The position numbers and the translations under genes were made by a program. From Raillietiella orientalis (Eukaryota), in assembly GCA_036172245.1 (NCBI GenBank), contig JAYWIR010000040.1, positions 1,054,001 through 1,118,000 on the forward strand: a stretch of DNA of 64,000 nt. The letters are read 5' to 3'. Positions within the stretch are counted from its first letter, which is position 1. Each line of letters opens with the position of its first letter. Under the pieces are notes generated by a model. That model did not search any database, was not told where the DNA came from, and saw only the letters and a list, made by a program, of their open reading frames with translations. Below, piece after piece: positions 27,701 to 40,643 of the stretch.

Positions 27701-27756
27701 CGGACGACCTTCACACGCACACGTTTCGGGTGTTTCCGGCTCTTCACCCGATTGCG

Positions 27757-27945
27757 GTTCCATCCGCTCCACGCGGGACCCCACCGGAACACCCTCTCGT
27801 CTCTTCGGAGCCATCGTAGAATCGCCCAGCCATCGATGGTACGAGCGTGCCAGAAGGTGCCAGGGAAAGAGTGCCAACGTCTGCAAATTCGCTTGCAGTG
27901 CTTGCGCGGAAGGACGAGTCCTTCTCGCTCGGCGATCCGCCCCCC
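27757..27945 (+). repeat. Diverged patchwork copy of arm sequence (~3920-4076 joined to ~4760-4783)
   Basis: cgagcgtgccagaaggtgccagggaaagagtgccaacgtctgcaaattc is identical to 4002-4050 and is followed by cttctcgctcggcgatc matching 4760. Confidence 0.85.
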
Positions 27946-27977
27946 GACTCAGAAAACCCCTTACTTCTGTTCCTTAG

Positions 27978-28193
27978 AATACAGAAAAAGGAACGGTTGT
28001 CGTGTCCACAGATCCTTAAACTCCGGATGAAAACTACGACTTGTATTCCCTCTCCGTTTTCAAGAAAACCAAAAAGTTACAAATTCGTAATCAGTTAGGG
28101 AGCATGACACTGAAAATGGGCCGAACGACATTCTACGTTTTTAGGCCCGCAGAAGAATTCAGTAGTCCCGGTCTTCTGATAAACTTTACGTGA
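27978..28193 (+). pseudogene. Orphan last exon paralogous to exon 5 of the secreted-protein gene, with an in-frame stop
   Basis: Acceptor tacttctgttccttag matches tacttctgctccttag. NTEKGTVVVSTDP*TPDENYDLY...FYVFRPAEEFSSPGLLINFT* aligns to NPESKEVVLNTDPKNPDKNYDLY...NYVFRTTNEFSSPNVMVVFTHK*. TAA at 28017-28019. 3' UTR similarity continues to ~28270. No upstream exons seen. Confidence 0.85.
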
Positions 28194-28408
28194 GTGAAGA
28201 AGCAGAATGACACCAGAGCAGCCCTGGAGCAGATGTCCGAGATCGAAATCACTAAGGAAACGAGTGCACATAAAATCAAGCATTCGCAGGTATTCGCTCT
28301 GAGATGACGTTTAACGTTCTCACCTCTTTACGCCACAGTCCACCGAAAGTACTGTGCCTGCACATTGGCGAATCGTGTACTTGATTTGGCGTACTGCGAA
28401 ATTTCGAG

Positions 28409-28444
28409 GGCGCAAAGCCCTTATCCCCATAAGGGCTTTGCGCC
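28409..28444. repeat. Perfect 16-bp inverted repeat with a 4-nt loop
   Basis: ggcgcaaagcccttat-cccc-ataagggctttgcgcc. Confidence 0.95.
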
Positions 28445-29054
28445 GAACTTGATATTCTTAAATGCAAAGTTGATCCTTTAAACAAAATAAAAACAAGAAA
28501 AACAAGAAAGAAAAGTTCGAAGACTTTGAAAAAAAAAGTTTTGAATGCAAAGAGGCTAGTCAACATACTTGAAATATGAGATACATTATATCAATGGAAA
28601 AATAGAATTCCGAATTCCCATTTGTAATTCCACGAAGAAAGTGCTCAGCTTGAGAGATGCGCGCGATCTGAAACCGAATTCTGTTTGTGCTTTTTCGCAG
28701 GAATCACGAAATACCCATTTTTTTCCTCGGTGGCAGAAGGTCCTTTTTTATCTTTCTTCCAACCAATCCACCTCTTTGCTAAAAAGAAGTTCGAATCAGA
28801 GTGGAATTTCGTCATCAGAAAGATGGTTTAACATATATTCAGTCTGTTATGGTAAGAATGCCTCATGCATTTTAGAGATTCGATTCCGAGCTTCACAATT
28901 TGTTACATTTTCGTGCGCCGTTTCACAATCCCCCCAAATCAACTAGTCACCCTAAGTATTAGTGCTTGGACTATTCGAACTGTTAGATTCGATCGCGAAG
29001 TCTTTCGTTCCACATTTGGCCGTTTTTTTGCCTTGTTACTACAACGGAGTGGAG

Positions 29055-32000
29055 ATGATTTCAGTGGATTCCAAAACTGCTAAAAAACTTCCTGGTTCCT
29101 TTAAGAGGAGAACATCTGGGAAGACTGTTGTTTTCGTTTCAGTTGGTCCGCGGAGCGCAAGCAGTTTGGAGGATAGGGTGGGTGTGCTTTGCTGAGAGGT
29201 CCCACCAACTGTTCGGTTGCAGGAAAGCCAACGAAACGGAAACAGTATGAATTTTACTGATTCCGCGGAGAGATATTCAAGAGATTTGATAGTTGATGTA
29301 AGTGCATTGCAGACGTTTTTGTAACATTTGGAGCTTGTCTAGCAAATTGTGTACTTCATGCTGTACGTTTGAAGCATGTACATCACAAATTGATGCATAA
29401 GTGACGATTTCTGTGGCTGGCTGTGTGTTTCGTTGATACTTGTGTCTGCCATATGTAAAGTTGCGTAGGACTAAGGTTGCCTGTAATGTGTGAATGCAGT
29501 GCATGCTTTCATCGTTCAAGTGTCATGGAAATTCCGTGCTGAAGCGTAGCAAGCAAGCATCCCTTTCCATGCATGATCATTCCCTTTGTGATGCATGTAT
29601 CCGATTCTCGAAATCATGGGCGGCACGCGTATCGTGAGGCCTTTTGTCGGCAACATTTCTGTACTCTTGATCGTGTTGTTCATGAAAATGAATCGGTGGT
29701 TGGTAGAAGAAGATGATTTCATGTTCATTCCACGTATTTTACAAAAGTTTGCCTTCTCTGTCCATTGCGTGAATGCTCTTTGCACATGTGAATGCCAATA
29801 CTTGGCGATTGTCTCGACCCATTCTTTAATCCGCATTCGATTCACCAGAAGTTGCCTTTTGTGATTTGAGGTCTTTGCAGTAGGTTCGGCATCCCGAATG
29901 GTGTGCTCGTTCCATGAGTGGGTCTGTTGTAGGTGTTGCGTTTGAAAACAAACCAATTCCATTTCCACGACGCGAATGGAAACAAATGGAATACATACGT
30001 CTCTGTTTCCCTGTCAAACTACGGAAACGGAGTTTTTTTGGAACGGAGTGCATTTGCATGAACGAAGCCGTGTAAGTGCAAGCAGCACTGCTTTCCTCAT
30101 CGTTTCTTCGCTTTTGCCAGAAGCGTTTCTGATTTGTTTGCATAGCAGGAAGCATTTATTGTGTCTTTCGAAAACAGTCGGTCGTATTGGTTCCCAGGAA
30201 CAGCGTTGCCTTTTGCTAACTTGTTGGCTACGTAAGGGTGTTCTTCTATGTATCTGAACTGTGTGATTGTGAGGCACCAAAAAATGAGGAGGAGGAGGAT
30301 TCCTCCAGATGTCATGAGGAAGAAGAAGTAGTACCTTTTGTAGAAAAAGGTTTGTTGATGCATTGTGCTTTATTGTAGGTTGGCTTCCTTCATAGGAAGT
30401 TAGAAGCTAAAACTGAGGCTGTCATCATCTTGACTGAAGATCTGGAAAAATGTCACGTGGAAAGGGATTATTACAAAAATTTGTGCAAGAAACTGACCCA
30501 TAAAATCATGGTAAGTCTGTTTTATGTGCAAATTGTGATCGATGGATTTCTAGTAATGAGCCATCTTAGTTTTATTGCGAATTTAGATCAAGGAAGTTCC
30601 CCACCTGAATAGCATGGATCTGGAAGACTCACAGAGTGAAGAGGAAGAGCCCAGTTACAATTTGAAGTTTGAAGTGAAAAATTTGCGTGAGAAACTTCAA
30701 GAGGCACGTGGAGACATCAATGTGAGTACAGTTTTATGAATGGTATGCAAGCCAACACATTGTGTTGCCAAGCAAGTGCTTTCCTGTGTGGTTGATTCGC
30801 ATGTTCCCTCACTTTGTCAGTTTTCTTTATGTACTGGGAAGCCTGTACATGCCTTCAAAGTGAAGGAAACTCTTTAGGATCACATGGATAGGTGCAAGCA
30901 CTTTCACAGATGCTTCCGTCCAATTTTGCGGATTGTGAAAGTGTGATGGATGGTAGCTTTCGTTTCTAGGTGTTTGGGTTCATTAGGAGAGGACGAAAGT
31001 TTAGTTTTTTGGGAACGCATGTAGTGCTAATGGCTGGCATGCAAGTGTATTGGAAACATTGCACGCTTGAGTCTTTCCATAGCTGCTGCACGAATTTTCT
31101 TTGCTGCATTGATCACTGAAAGAATTGTTCACGTTTGCAGTTTTTGCATTTTGATTTTTGAGCTGAAGCATTTCCCTTGCACACTTGAACTGATTGCTGG
31201 TAACAAACCAGTGAATGAGTTTAGTGTAATGTTTGGAAAAAAGAATTTCCATTGCTGCTGCATGGCTTGGGATTCGTTTTAACTTAGGACACCTAGTGAT
31301 CCTATTCAGTCCACAATAGTGATTGCTCCCAAGTGAAAATTGGAAGCGTGCATCAATTGTGTCATTACTTCATCAAGTTGTGTATTACCTGTAACTGACA
31401 AGCATCATTGTGTAATTGATTGTTTGTTGACGAGTTGCGTGGAAAGGATGAGTTCCTGGAAAAGAGGAAATCCCCACGAATCAGTGAAATCATTTTGGCT
31501 AATATAATATGTCGAACACCTGTTGCGTGTTTGCTGGAATGTGGGGGAATATATTGGGATGAATGTGGTTGAAAAAGTGGAAGGGCAGGAAAGCTTTCCC
31601 AATATTAAGGTGAAGGTTGGATCCAGCAACGATCGTAGTTTGGAAAATGTTTTGCGGACTCTGGGTTTCATCCTGTTTTTTTTCTTTTTTGTATAGATAT
31701 TGCGAAACGAATTGCATATGTACAAATCTTTGGATCTGGAAAAGGTTGTTTTGAATTCCGAAAATAGCATCAAAGAGAAAGATATGCTTCTGAAGCAAAT
31801 TGAAAGACTTCAGCAGAAGGTATGTTGTTTTGTGTGTATTTTTTATGCAGTCTTTGATTCAGTGTTTTGCATTGGAGAACGATGTATCTTCCCTGTTGGA
31901 TGAAAAAGAAGAACTGATTAAAGAAAAGGAAGTGTATAGAGAAAAAGCCACCCGACTGAATCACACTGTTAATGAACTCTTGAATAATGAAGATTCGGAT

Positions 32001-35000
32001 AAAAAATATTTAGACGTGGACGCTCTTTTGATGCAGAATAGGTAGAAGCCTCTTCTTGTTCTTTCAGTTGTCTTGCATTTGTGAACCCTTTTCCTCCTTG
32101 TCACCATTTTAGGTACCTCCAGGAGAGACTTGGCCAAATGGAGGAGGAAAAAAAGTTTACTTTGCAAACAATTTGCAAATATAGGGTAAGCAATGTCCTG
32201 TTTCACGTTTATGTATGCTGTGTCTCTTTTTTCTCCTTGCGATTTATAGCTGCTCTGAGGAGTTTATTTTTGGCTTGCTGTGCTGTGTTGTATGCCATTG
32301 CATTTATTTTGTAGGGGAAACAAAAAGTTTGTCACTTTCGATCCATCGCTTCCCAGAATGCATAAGTGCATCAAATGAAACACCGCAACCGTGCGAAAGG
32401 AATTCTTTAAAGTAAATTGTTTCAATTTGTTAAAGATGGCATTGGTTCATTCCTCAGAAAATGTGGCAATCTGTGGTGTAAACGTGAAAGAAAACTTGGT
32501 GAAAAAGCGTTTGCACGGTGTTCAGAGTCTTTGTACTGTATTGAAGCTTCAAACTTTGAAAAGTAATGAATTTCCTTAATGCAAAGACTGAGTGCTTTTA
32601 TTTGAATGTATTTTCATACAGTGCGCAATGGGAATGTGATGGTTCCTTAGAATGAGTGAATTTCATTAAATGAAATGCTGTGCCAATACTTTTCCTTTTT
32701 GTATGTGTGGAAATGTTTGTGCAATTTTATTTTCGTGGAGGATTGTACAGAACGGAACATGCGTTTGATGCATTGATCAGATTAAGGGTCGGCGAATTTG
32801 CAGTGGTTTGAACGCTTATATGGAAATAACGTGAATGAGTGGCGATTGTGTGCTTGAGGTTACAGAGAAAAGTGAAAACCTGGACGTTTTTTCGAAACTG
32901 ATTGCTTCAGGCTGTGCAGTGCGATGTGGACGCACAAGCATCTGCATTTAGTGTGAGCCTGTTTGCAAATTTGTCCGGTCCATTCCGTTTGCCGTTCTCA
33001 TCAAATTTGTTCGAAAGTGAACTTTGCCATCTTCTTGAATTCCTAATCAGCATGTTTTTTGGGCTGGTGCAGACTTGGAGGACTTTAAGATGAAAGGATC
33101 GAAATCCGACCGGAATGCCTGAAACTGATCAAGCAGCATTGCATTGCAAGGTGTTGTGAATGTGACATTGCTGCAACCCCATAACTGAAAAAGCCGGTTG
33201 AAAGTGTTGTTGAGTGGAGGTGTTTTTTGTCTTGTTCTCTGCACAAGTTTTTCTTGCGGATGTCTCTCATTGATTTTTGTGTTTGAATCAAGTTTGAAAT
33301 GTATGTTTTGTGTAACGGGCTTTTCTGGATTTTAGTAAAAAGCATGGTGAGTGGATTGTGCTGCTACAGTTTTTCACAGTAGTGGTTGAACAGTATTGGC
33401 ATTGCGTTTTGGTTTTTCTAAGTTCGTTTTGGTTATTGAAAGGAATGAGTGTAATATTTTATTATGTAGAACATGTTGGAATCAAAGAAGAACAAAAACA
33501 TTCAGAGATGGAAAAATCCCTCTGGAGAGACTCTAGTTATATCCACGAAGCAAGGTGAGTTGCTTTTGTTGCAAGCTCATTTGGGGATGTCATTTGTAAT
33601 TTTTTTCAGTGGAAGAGCTGTTGAATCAGCAAACGTCATCGTGCAAGCCTGCTTCAGATGGTGAATACCATACTCTGTGTAGTGCACTATTAGAATCCTT
33701 GAGGGATAAAGGTTTGGCACTTTCTCATCAGAGAAAGGCAAACAGGTACTTTCCATTTTTCGTCATGGACTGCCGCCCCTCTTTGAGCCCGTTCGTGTTT
33801 ACGGAAATGGCCGTGAAATCCACTCGGAAGACTTCTTCCTGCCCTAATTGGAAACATCTTGTTTAGCTCAGATGCATGAAAAAAATCATTTCTTTTGTAT
33901 GGCCGTTCGTGCTTTTCAGCAACCGAATGCATTAAATGGTGGTGCCTGGAAGACTGTTTAGGTAATGGTGCCATTGATGCAACTTTGTTGGCAGTCGGTT
34001 GCTGTTATGTGAATGATGCTACAAACGTAGGTCTCTTTGACGAAGGAAAGAGAAAAAGCCAAGAAAAGCTCTGTGCTGTTCTGTTCCCGTCCTGGTTGTT
34101 CTCATTCTTTAGGCACTGAAATGACAATTTCCAAATTCACTGACAATTATCTTTCTACTCTTGTGAACAGATGGCTATTGTTTCGCTGTCTCGCGAAGGT
34201 TCGTTTCAATTGGTTTCAGCAGATGGAAGAAACAGAAAAAGGCGTCTTGCGAGCACCCATTGCCCCTTTCCTTTCCAACGGATGACATTTGCTAGCGATG
34301 CTTGGCGTGGAAATGGGGGGTAATGGCAGAGGTTCCATAGGCGGCAGACCTGGGGGGTAATGGCAGAGGTTCCATAGGCGGCAGACCTGCACCAAATCAC
34401 GTGGAATGAAAGTGCGAGGTTGACGGACATTGGGGAAGCCGAAATCGGCTTCTGTTCTTCGGGTTTTTCGATTGCATGCCGCAGGCCAAAACTCACTCGA
34501 ACTGCAAGGGGGAATTTCGCGCACGCACGAAACAAATGTCTCTTATTTTCTTCGCAAAAAAACAAAAAACGAAAAGGAAGGAAAGCAAGAAAGAAAAAAG
34601 ATAGGGATAGTCGTGAAAGCTCTGAGCCTTGGAGTCGAACCGGGAAAATAAGGGCAGAGGAGGCCGATGAGTGGATTGCTCAGCCTTTGGGCAGGCCTGA
34701 AAGTTGCCCCGAAGATGATCACACAGGGAGATTGCCAATGTTATGCTGAAGTGGGATGCTGGAGGGAAGGAAGAAAAGCAGCAAACCGTTTGCATAAAGG
34801 TGATGGAAAAATGCAAGAATGCAAGGAGGAGAGGGAATGGAGGAAAGCGCCTTCCTTTTCGTGCCTGAAAGTCGAAAGTATTGTGTCTGTGATGCTGAGC
34901 CATGCGTGGCATCTGCTGTGGCAGTGCGTGTTTTGGTGGTGGTGCGTTTTTTCCACCCATTCACGGGTTTGATGGGGTGTGGTTTCAGGATCCTGGGCAT

Positions 35001-35367
35001 GCGTGTCAAGGAGTTGGAGGAGAGGCTGCAGGAAGGTTTTAGTGCCGGCATGTTTTCTGCTGATGCACGATCCCCGGATGAGCGAAGGAATGTGGAAGCT
35101 GGAGAAAGTCCAGAGTGTTCGATCGCAGCATCGGAGGAACGCACGCAGATGGATGCGGGCGCACCCCGGTCGAACTGGACGACCGAGTCGTGCACTCCGG
35201 TGGATGACGAATGCGGAACTTCGTTGTGCAGCCGGAACCAGCAAGTTGCCTGCAGGATTCGGGGCGCTCAGGAGGAAGGCAAATGCACATCCGGGCTTCC
35301 TCCCAGTCTTCAGCGACTAGTGGACGATGCCATTCATCAGATCAAAGAAACCCCTTTGCGGGTGTAG
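29055..35367 (+). CDS. CCDC149: Coiled-coil domain-containing protein 149, 9 exons, ~454 aa (29055-29177, 30379-30510, 30587-30721, 31697-31819, 31863-32041, 32113-32185, 33470-33554, 33610-33745, 34989-35367)
   Basis: Phase-consistent GT-AG introns, 1365 nt in total. Family motifs RKLEAKTEAVIILTEDLEKCHVERDYYK, LQEARGDI, LLDEKEELIKEKEVYREKATRLNH, DVDALLMQNRYLQERL and ALLESLRDKGLALSHQRKANRILGMRVKELEERL. AATAAA near 35438. Exon 1 is the least certain. Confidence 0.92.
34314..34389. repeat. Exact 37-bp tandem duplication in CCDC149 intron 8
   Basis: tggggggtaatggcagaggttccataggcggcagacc x2. Confidence 0.95.
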
Positions 35368-35806
35368 ATTTCGTGGGGCCCGCGCCTCTGCCTGCCTTGC
35401 TGTTGACGTTGTCCTTCGTGGGGGGGAGGAAAAGCAGAATAAACGTTTCGAAGAGGCCTCGCAACCGAGACTGCTCGTCTGCTTCTCTCGGAGAGACGAG
35501 GGTTTTCCACGTGTTCGCCGTAACACTCGAGAGCTTATTCGTCTCCCGAGCGATGCTGGAGCGATTCCTTTCCCCACGATTGTCCCTTTGGGATTGGCGC
35601 GCGTTTCAGCTTTCCGGTCTTTCGGTCCTTGCCGTCAAGAAGAAAAGTACGAGGGCAAAACTGATGTCGCGAGGGTTGTTTTCCAGGTGACCCCAACTCT
35701 ACCATCTCCTGCAAGCGTTCCGTCGAGTTTTAGGTAAGCGTGGCGATGCATCACGCCGCAGGAGTGCAGCTGAACGATTGCGTGGTACCTTGGGAGGCCG
35801 CATCGT

Positions 35807-36960
35807 CGTTGCCTCCCGGTTACACCGGGGCGTTCATTAAATTCGCTGAAAACGTGGTATGAGGCCTCACTGCGACCAACACAACTGTGGACCTGGCGGG
35901 TCGCCGGTACGCAGACCGGCGTGACTCCAAGGAAGTGGAGGGGGATGGGGAAAAAACAAAAAGAGAAATAAAACAGAAAGAAAGAAGAAACAGACTTTGG
36001 AGGGCCAGGAAGTGATCAGTTGCCAGTGAGAGGAGGGTCCATCGTTTCCAGGTTGCCCTCGAGGTCCTTCACAAGTCTTCCCAGGTGGGGCCATCGGGTT
36101 GCTCTCCGCAGGAAGCAAACTGCATCCTCGATGACTCCCTTCTCGTTGGCATCTTCATCGTGCGCTTCACTCCAAGACGCCACAATCCCACGGATGCAGC
36201 AAAGTGTTGCCAGGGCTGCAGCTGGCTGCAGGACATCCCGCACGAAGAGAAGGCCAAAAACGTCACTGGGAGGGCTGCCGACCGGGATCCCGAGGGTCGT
36301 CCCGAAACACTCCCAAAGAAGACAGGAGGGTAAGACAGTCGACTATCAGGTGCGGGAGGCATTCCCGTTCTGTGCACCTGGCACACTCAGGATTTAGTCT
36401 GCCCTGCGTCCAGTGGTAGCGGCGTGCGTTGCAGGGAAGACCGCTATGCAACAGCAGAAGCGCCGACTCCTTCCAGTTGAGGGGGAAGATCCTGGATCCA
36501 TTCAACACCGGGCGCCACTTCAGGGCATCCGTCGGGATACCGAGCGGCTCGCCCTATCTTCAAAGTCCACGCGGAAGCATGCTCGGGTTCGTGGTGTCCG
36601 TCAGCTCTTCCCTGGTCCAACCGCTCATCTTCTTCTCCCTGCCTGCGATCCGACAGGAGACTTTCCATTTGGTCGTCCGGCTGCTGGCAACGGCCCTCCA
36701 TAAGAAGGGCATCGCAGTAGCTAAAGGGGTCGTCTCTTCCCTCGTGCTCCTGGCGGCACACTCCAGAATGTTCCGCTGTGAACAGGGGGCGTTGTTCGTA
36801 AAACGCAGGCAGGTCCAGCTGTCGCTTCTCCGGGCATTCAACCTCACCTATGCGCTAACAGATTCCTCCAAGCATGCGGTGGAGTTGGCGAGGCGGCATA
36901 CCATCCAGCCGCTCTCCTTGACTAGTATGACTATGCATCCGAGGACGATTCGTTGCTCTC
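35807..36960 (-). mobile_element. 5'-truncated L1/Tx1-like LINE fragment (best-preserved zinc knuckle)
   Basis: PLNWKESALLLLHSGLPCNARRYHWTQGRLNPECARCTERECLPHLIVDC matches the zf-RVT-type CxxC...H...C pattern, followed by the family 3' UTR. The 5' boundary is approximate. Confidence 0.8.
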
Positions 36961-39919
36961 GCTCCAGTATCGAAGGGGCAGACCCCACGGGAACCGCGAC
37001 ATCCTGTGAATCGATTGCGCGGTGTGCACTGATCGGTGTGATTTGTCTGCGTCGTTCCCGTTGCCAAGCGTCGTCGTCGCGAGATTTTCAGTTCTTCACT
37101 CGGAAGAGTGGACCGTATTCTTTAAGAATCCACAGCTGCGATGGTTTTGCTTGCCGACGAAACCGAATGTCGGTTGCATGCTTTCGACGTATACTGTGGC
37201 GGATGACGAAGGTGATGCACCGTCGAGTTCCGGTGTCATGTGAGGTGCACGGTCTCCCATTGCTGCTCAGGGAGCACCGACGACTTTGGTCGCATGAGAC
37301 GCGTCTGTCGTACGGTCCGATTTTCATAGGCGATCTCCTTCGACCACATGGGCGCAAGCGCAGTGCTGTGTGCGTTTTGACGAGAGTTCTTTCACCACAC
37401 ACTGCGGAGAGCTTGTTCGGATGGCGGAATCGTCAACCGGAATGGCGGCAGTGCATCCTGCTCGTGTTCGAATGTCCCTCTTTGCTGCTGCAGCAATGTC
37501 CAGCTGCCTCGATGGTGCTAACGTCGAATCGGACACTGTTGAAACAACGTCAACGGTGTGATCCTCTGGGGCCTCTTCAAGAGCGTCGTGGTTCTCGTCC
37601 GTCCATTTCGGCCTTGGCAACCAGCCGCTGCCAATAGTTGCGGGCTCCAGCACTTCTGGCGCACGAATGGTCGAACGGAAGGCTGGAACGCTTTCGTCTC
37701 GCTGCTTCCTCATCCAGAGCCTAGGTGCGGGGCATCACCGCAGAAACTCTTAGCGCTATTTGTACGCAGAGACCGAGACCCAGTGTCGCGGAGTCCTGTG
37801 GAAAAGAGAGCTGCGGTCCATGGGTACCCCACCGAATGGACAATGAGCTTTGCGTCGTATCCCAGGGATCCTCCAGCTTGCGTTGTCTTCCGTGGCTCCT
37901 TGGGCATCCCACAAGTCTCCTGTACTCTTGCATATCGCTGCTGGGTTCAACGTGTGGATGCTAGCAGGCTGTGTGTAAACTGGGAGACTTGGGAGCGCCA
38001 AGATACGTGGCAGACGGCAAGCACAGTGCGCGCCCAACGGCGTAAAGGGCAACATTACCGATCAAGGTTAGGGATCCCGCCTGCCCCTGGACGATGGCCT
38101 CACAGCGAAGGAAGCTTGCCACCACCTCCTCCATCGAGGAGGACGGTCGATGCATTGGCTGCTCATCGGAGCCGGGAGGAAATGCCGTGCGCGCGAAAAC
38201 ATGCGAGCGCTGCTCTTTGCACGGAGGAGAACGGCTTGAGCTGTGGGGAGCGCTGGCAAGCGAAACGCCCTCCTCCAGTCGTAACGTCGGGACGCAGTAA
38301 AAAGGAACGGAGCGTCGGTTTCCGAACGCGCTCCGAGTTCAAGCTTCTCGACAGGTGGACAACCCGCGGTGTAAGCCGGACAGATGGCCCCAGACGGGGC
38401 AAAGCAACGCAGCAGTTGTGCTCAGCTCCGTGGTCCTTCCAGGCGCGCCTGCTCATCTACTCCACTTCGCTTTCGATTCCGGTCTCTGGCGGCGGCAGCC
38501 CAAGGGCATCAGACGTTTGCGGGGGATGTGCAGAGACGCTGCCGCATAGCCCGTCTGGCGAATGACGAGCGCTCAGCGGGGGTTCCATTTTCGGGTAGGG
38601 ATGGTCCTGCTCCGTGGAACCGGAAAGTGTTTCTGGGCGAGATGCGGGCCGGGTAGATGCGAGGGGTACCCATCACTGCTCGCCTTGCAGACGTGGCCAC
38701 CTGCTGCACACCTCTACGGGGCCCTCTCTCCACCCCTCCTTTGCTGGCGCTGCGACTCCGTTCCTCCAGCTGCCTGCATTTCCCTGCCCATTAGGAGCTG
38801 CCTTGCACAGGGGGGCGGCTCGGTTTCCTAGATGAAGGGGCTCCGTATGATCACGCCCTCGCACCTTCCAATTCTCCCGACGGGCAGCAACCGAGCAAGA
38901 TGCATCTCCCATTGATGGACGACAGCAAAAAACCATGTCGCCAGCCACTGTTCGCCGAGCAAACGCATCCGCGGTATCGCAAGGCGAAAGTTGCGCCTTT
39001 CCTCAACGAGCGCGTGGGGACGAGCGAACGAGAGGGGGACAAAATCCACAAAGCGCATGTCCTTCCCGAGCCTCTTCCTCAGGTCATCTACGAGAGTGGG
39101 CGAAGAAGCTCAGGCTGCCTTCCATGTCAGGATGGGCTTCTCCTGCGAAGGGTCGAACGCCACTCCAATTCCCTCTGAAAGGTTCGCGACGACTTCCGAT
39201 AGAAGGACGCTGTGACGGCACGGACGTTCCTCGCAGCACTCGGAATCTGCAGCCCTTGGAGAGACGGCGTTCCTGCAACGCTGGAAGCCACCACGAAGGA
39301 CTGTTTAGTTTGTAGGCAGCTGCTATGCGACGACGCTCCAAGGGATCCCTTCGTGCGAATCGCTTCTTTTCCAGGACACCATCGGCACACGCGGACCTGC
39401 CGCCAGCAGGACGTCCGCAAAGATCGGTGCATTCCGCAACGTCTCCAGCCATCATTCCTAGTAGTGAAAATCGCTTATAGGAAATAAGATCACTCTCTTG
39501 TTCTACCTCTACTCTTATCCAGGTTCAGTTGCCGATGCTGCTGTGGGGCGCCGTTGACTGCTGCGCACTCTTGCACTCGGGTGATGATCAGGTCATCGTT
39601 GCAAGACAACGATGTCTGCCATTCTTGTTGCTGCTGCCATCTTTAACCACCATTAGTGCTGCCGCAATGGTTGCAAGGAGCATTCAAGACGAAGACGCAC
39701 GTATTGCAATGATTGGCTGCGATGCAAACGTGCGTGTCACTTTATCGCCTCATCGTAAAGAGTGGTGCGAATGTCTCGGAAGTTATACGGTGGAATTTTC
39801 GGGATGTGCACGCCATCAGGAGCGGAAAGGGGACAACGGAAAGGCCATGGACAAAGAGCAAAGCACGCGAAATGTGCAGAAGGTGTGCAAATGTTAATTT
39901 TTCGGATCTGACAGCCATC

Positions 39920-40278
39920 AGTCTCATCTCCGCGGCGCCGGAGAAGCTCATTTTGAAAAAGTGGAACAGTGTATCCAGTTGCTGGAGACTGATCACGTTT
40001 CAAGCGCCCTTTGCGACATCCGGAAGCTTCTGGAAACAGCGTGCTTGCACCACTGATCTTCTTCGGCTTTTGTTTGGAAATCTCAGACTGAACAGATGTT
40101 CAGAGTCGCAGTTCAAGCAAAAAGAAGTTAGGGGTACGAATTGCAGAACCTTTTTGATGAGGAGGAATCGTGGTTTCTTCCTAAGCATCACGACGTTTTC
40201 ATTCGTCAACAGCCTCCACAACCTATGAAACATCTCAGAAGCCTCTCTCGATCCTCCTATGGCAGCCATTTGACTTAG
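39920..40278 (+). pseudogene. Possible decayed exon of an unknown gene
   Basis: After an acceptor-like ...tctgacag, one frame reads like protein (EAHFEKVEQCIQLLETDHVSSALCDIRKLLETACLHH*...YELQNLFDEEESWFLPKHHDVF) with two internal stops. No family recognised. Confidence 0.25.
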
Positions 40279-40643
40279 TCATCGGATTTATTGCGTTTCT
40301 CATTGCACTTCCAAGGATCGCCATGGGAATCCAACGGAAAACAGAACGGAAACGGAGCCATGGTGACAGCCAGGGAAAGCCATCGGCAGGACTTTCGACG
40401 GCGAGGTTCTCTGTTGCATGCGTCCAATTCCCACGTTTCGGACTTTCACATTCGCTCGCCCCGCTGGACATCAGTGAAGGAAAGTGGATGCCACCCTGAC
40501 ACGTCCACAGGTGGAAGGGATGCAGCCTGCAGCGAATTCCGGTCGCGCGCGCGGGTGGGATTCGCTGGAGGCGCTGTGCGGGCTCCTCGCTCCCGTGAGG
40601 AAGACGAGAAGGTGGACAGACGCCCTTCTCCCTGGAAACCGGC

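Noticed and set aside
34314..34389. CRISPR-like 37-bp repeat
   Set aside because: Two adjacent copies with no spacer, in a eukaryotic intron; a simple tandem duplication.
36429..38565. 402-aa and 335-aa plus-strand ORFs
   Set aside because: The first is largely the antisense shadow of the LINE fragment. The second has no protein-like features.
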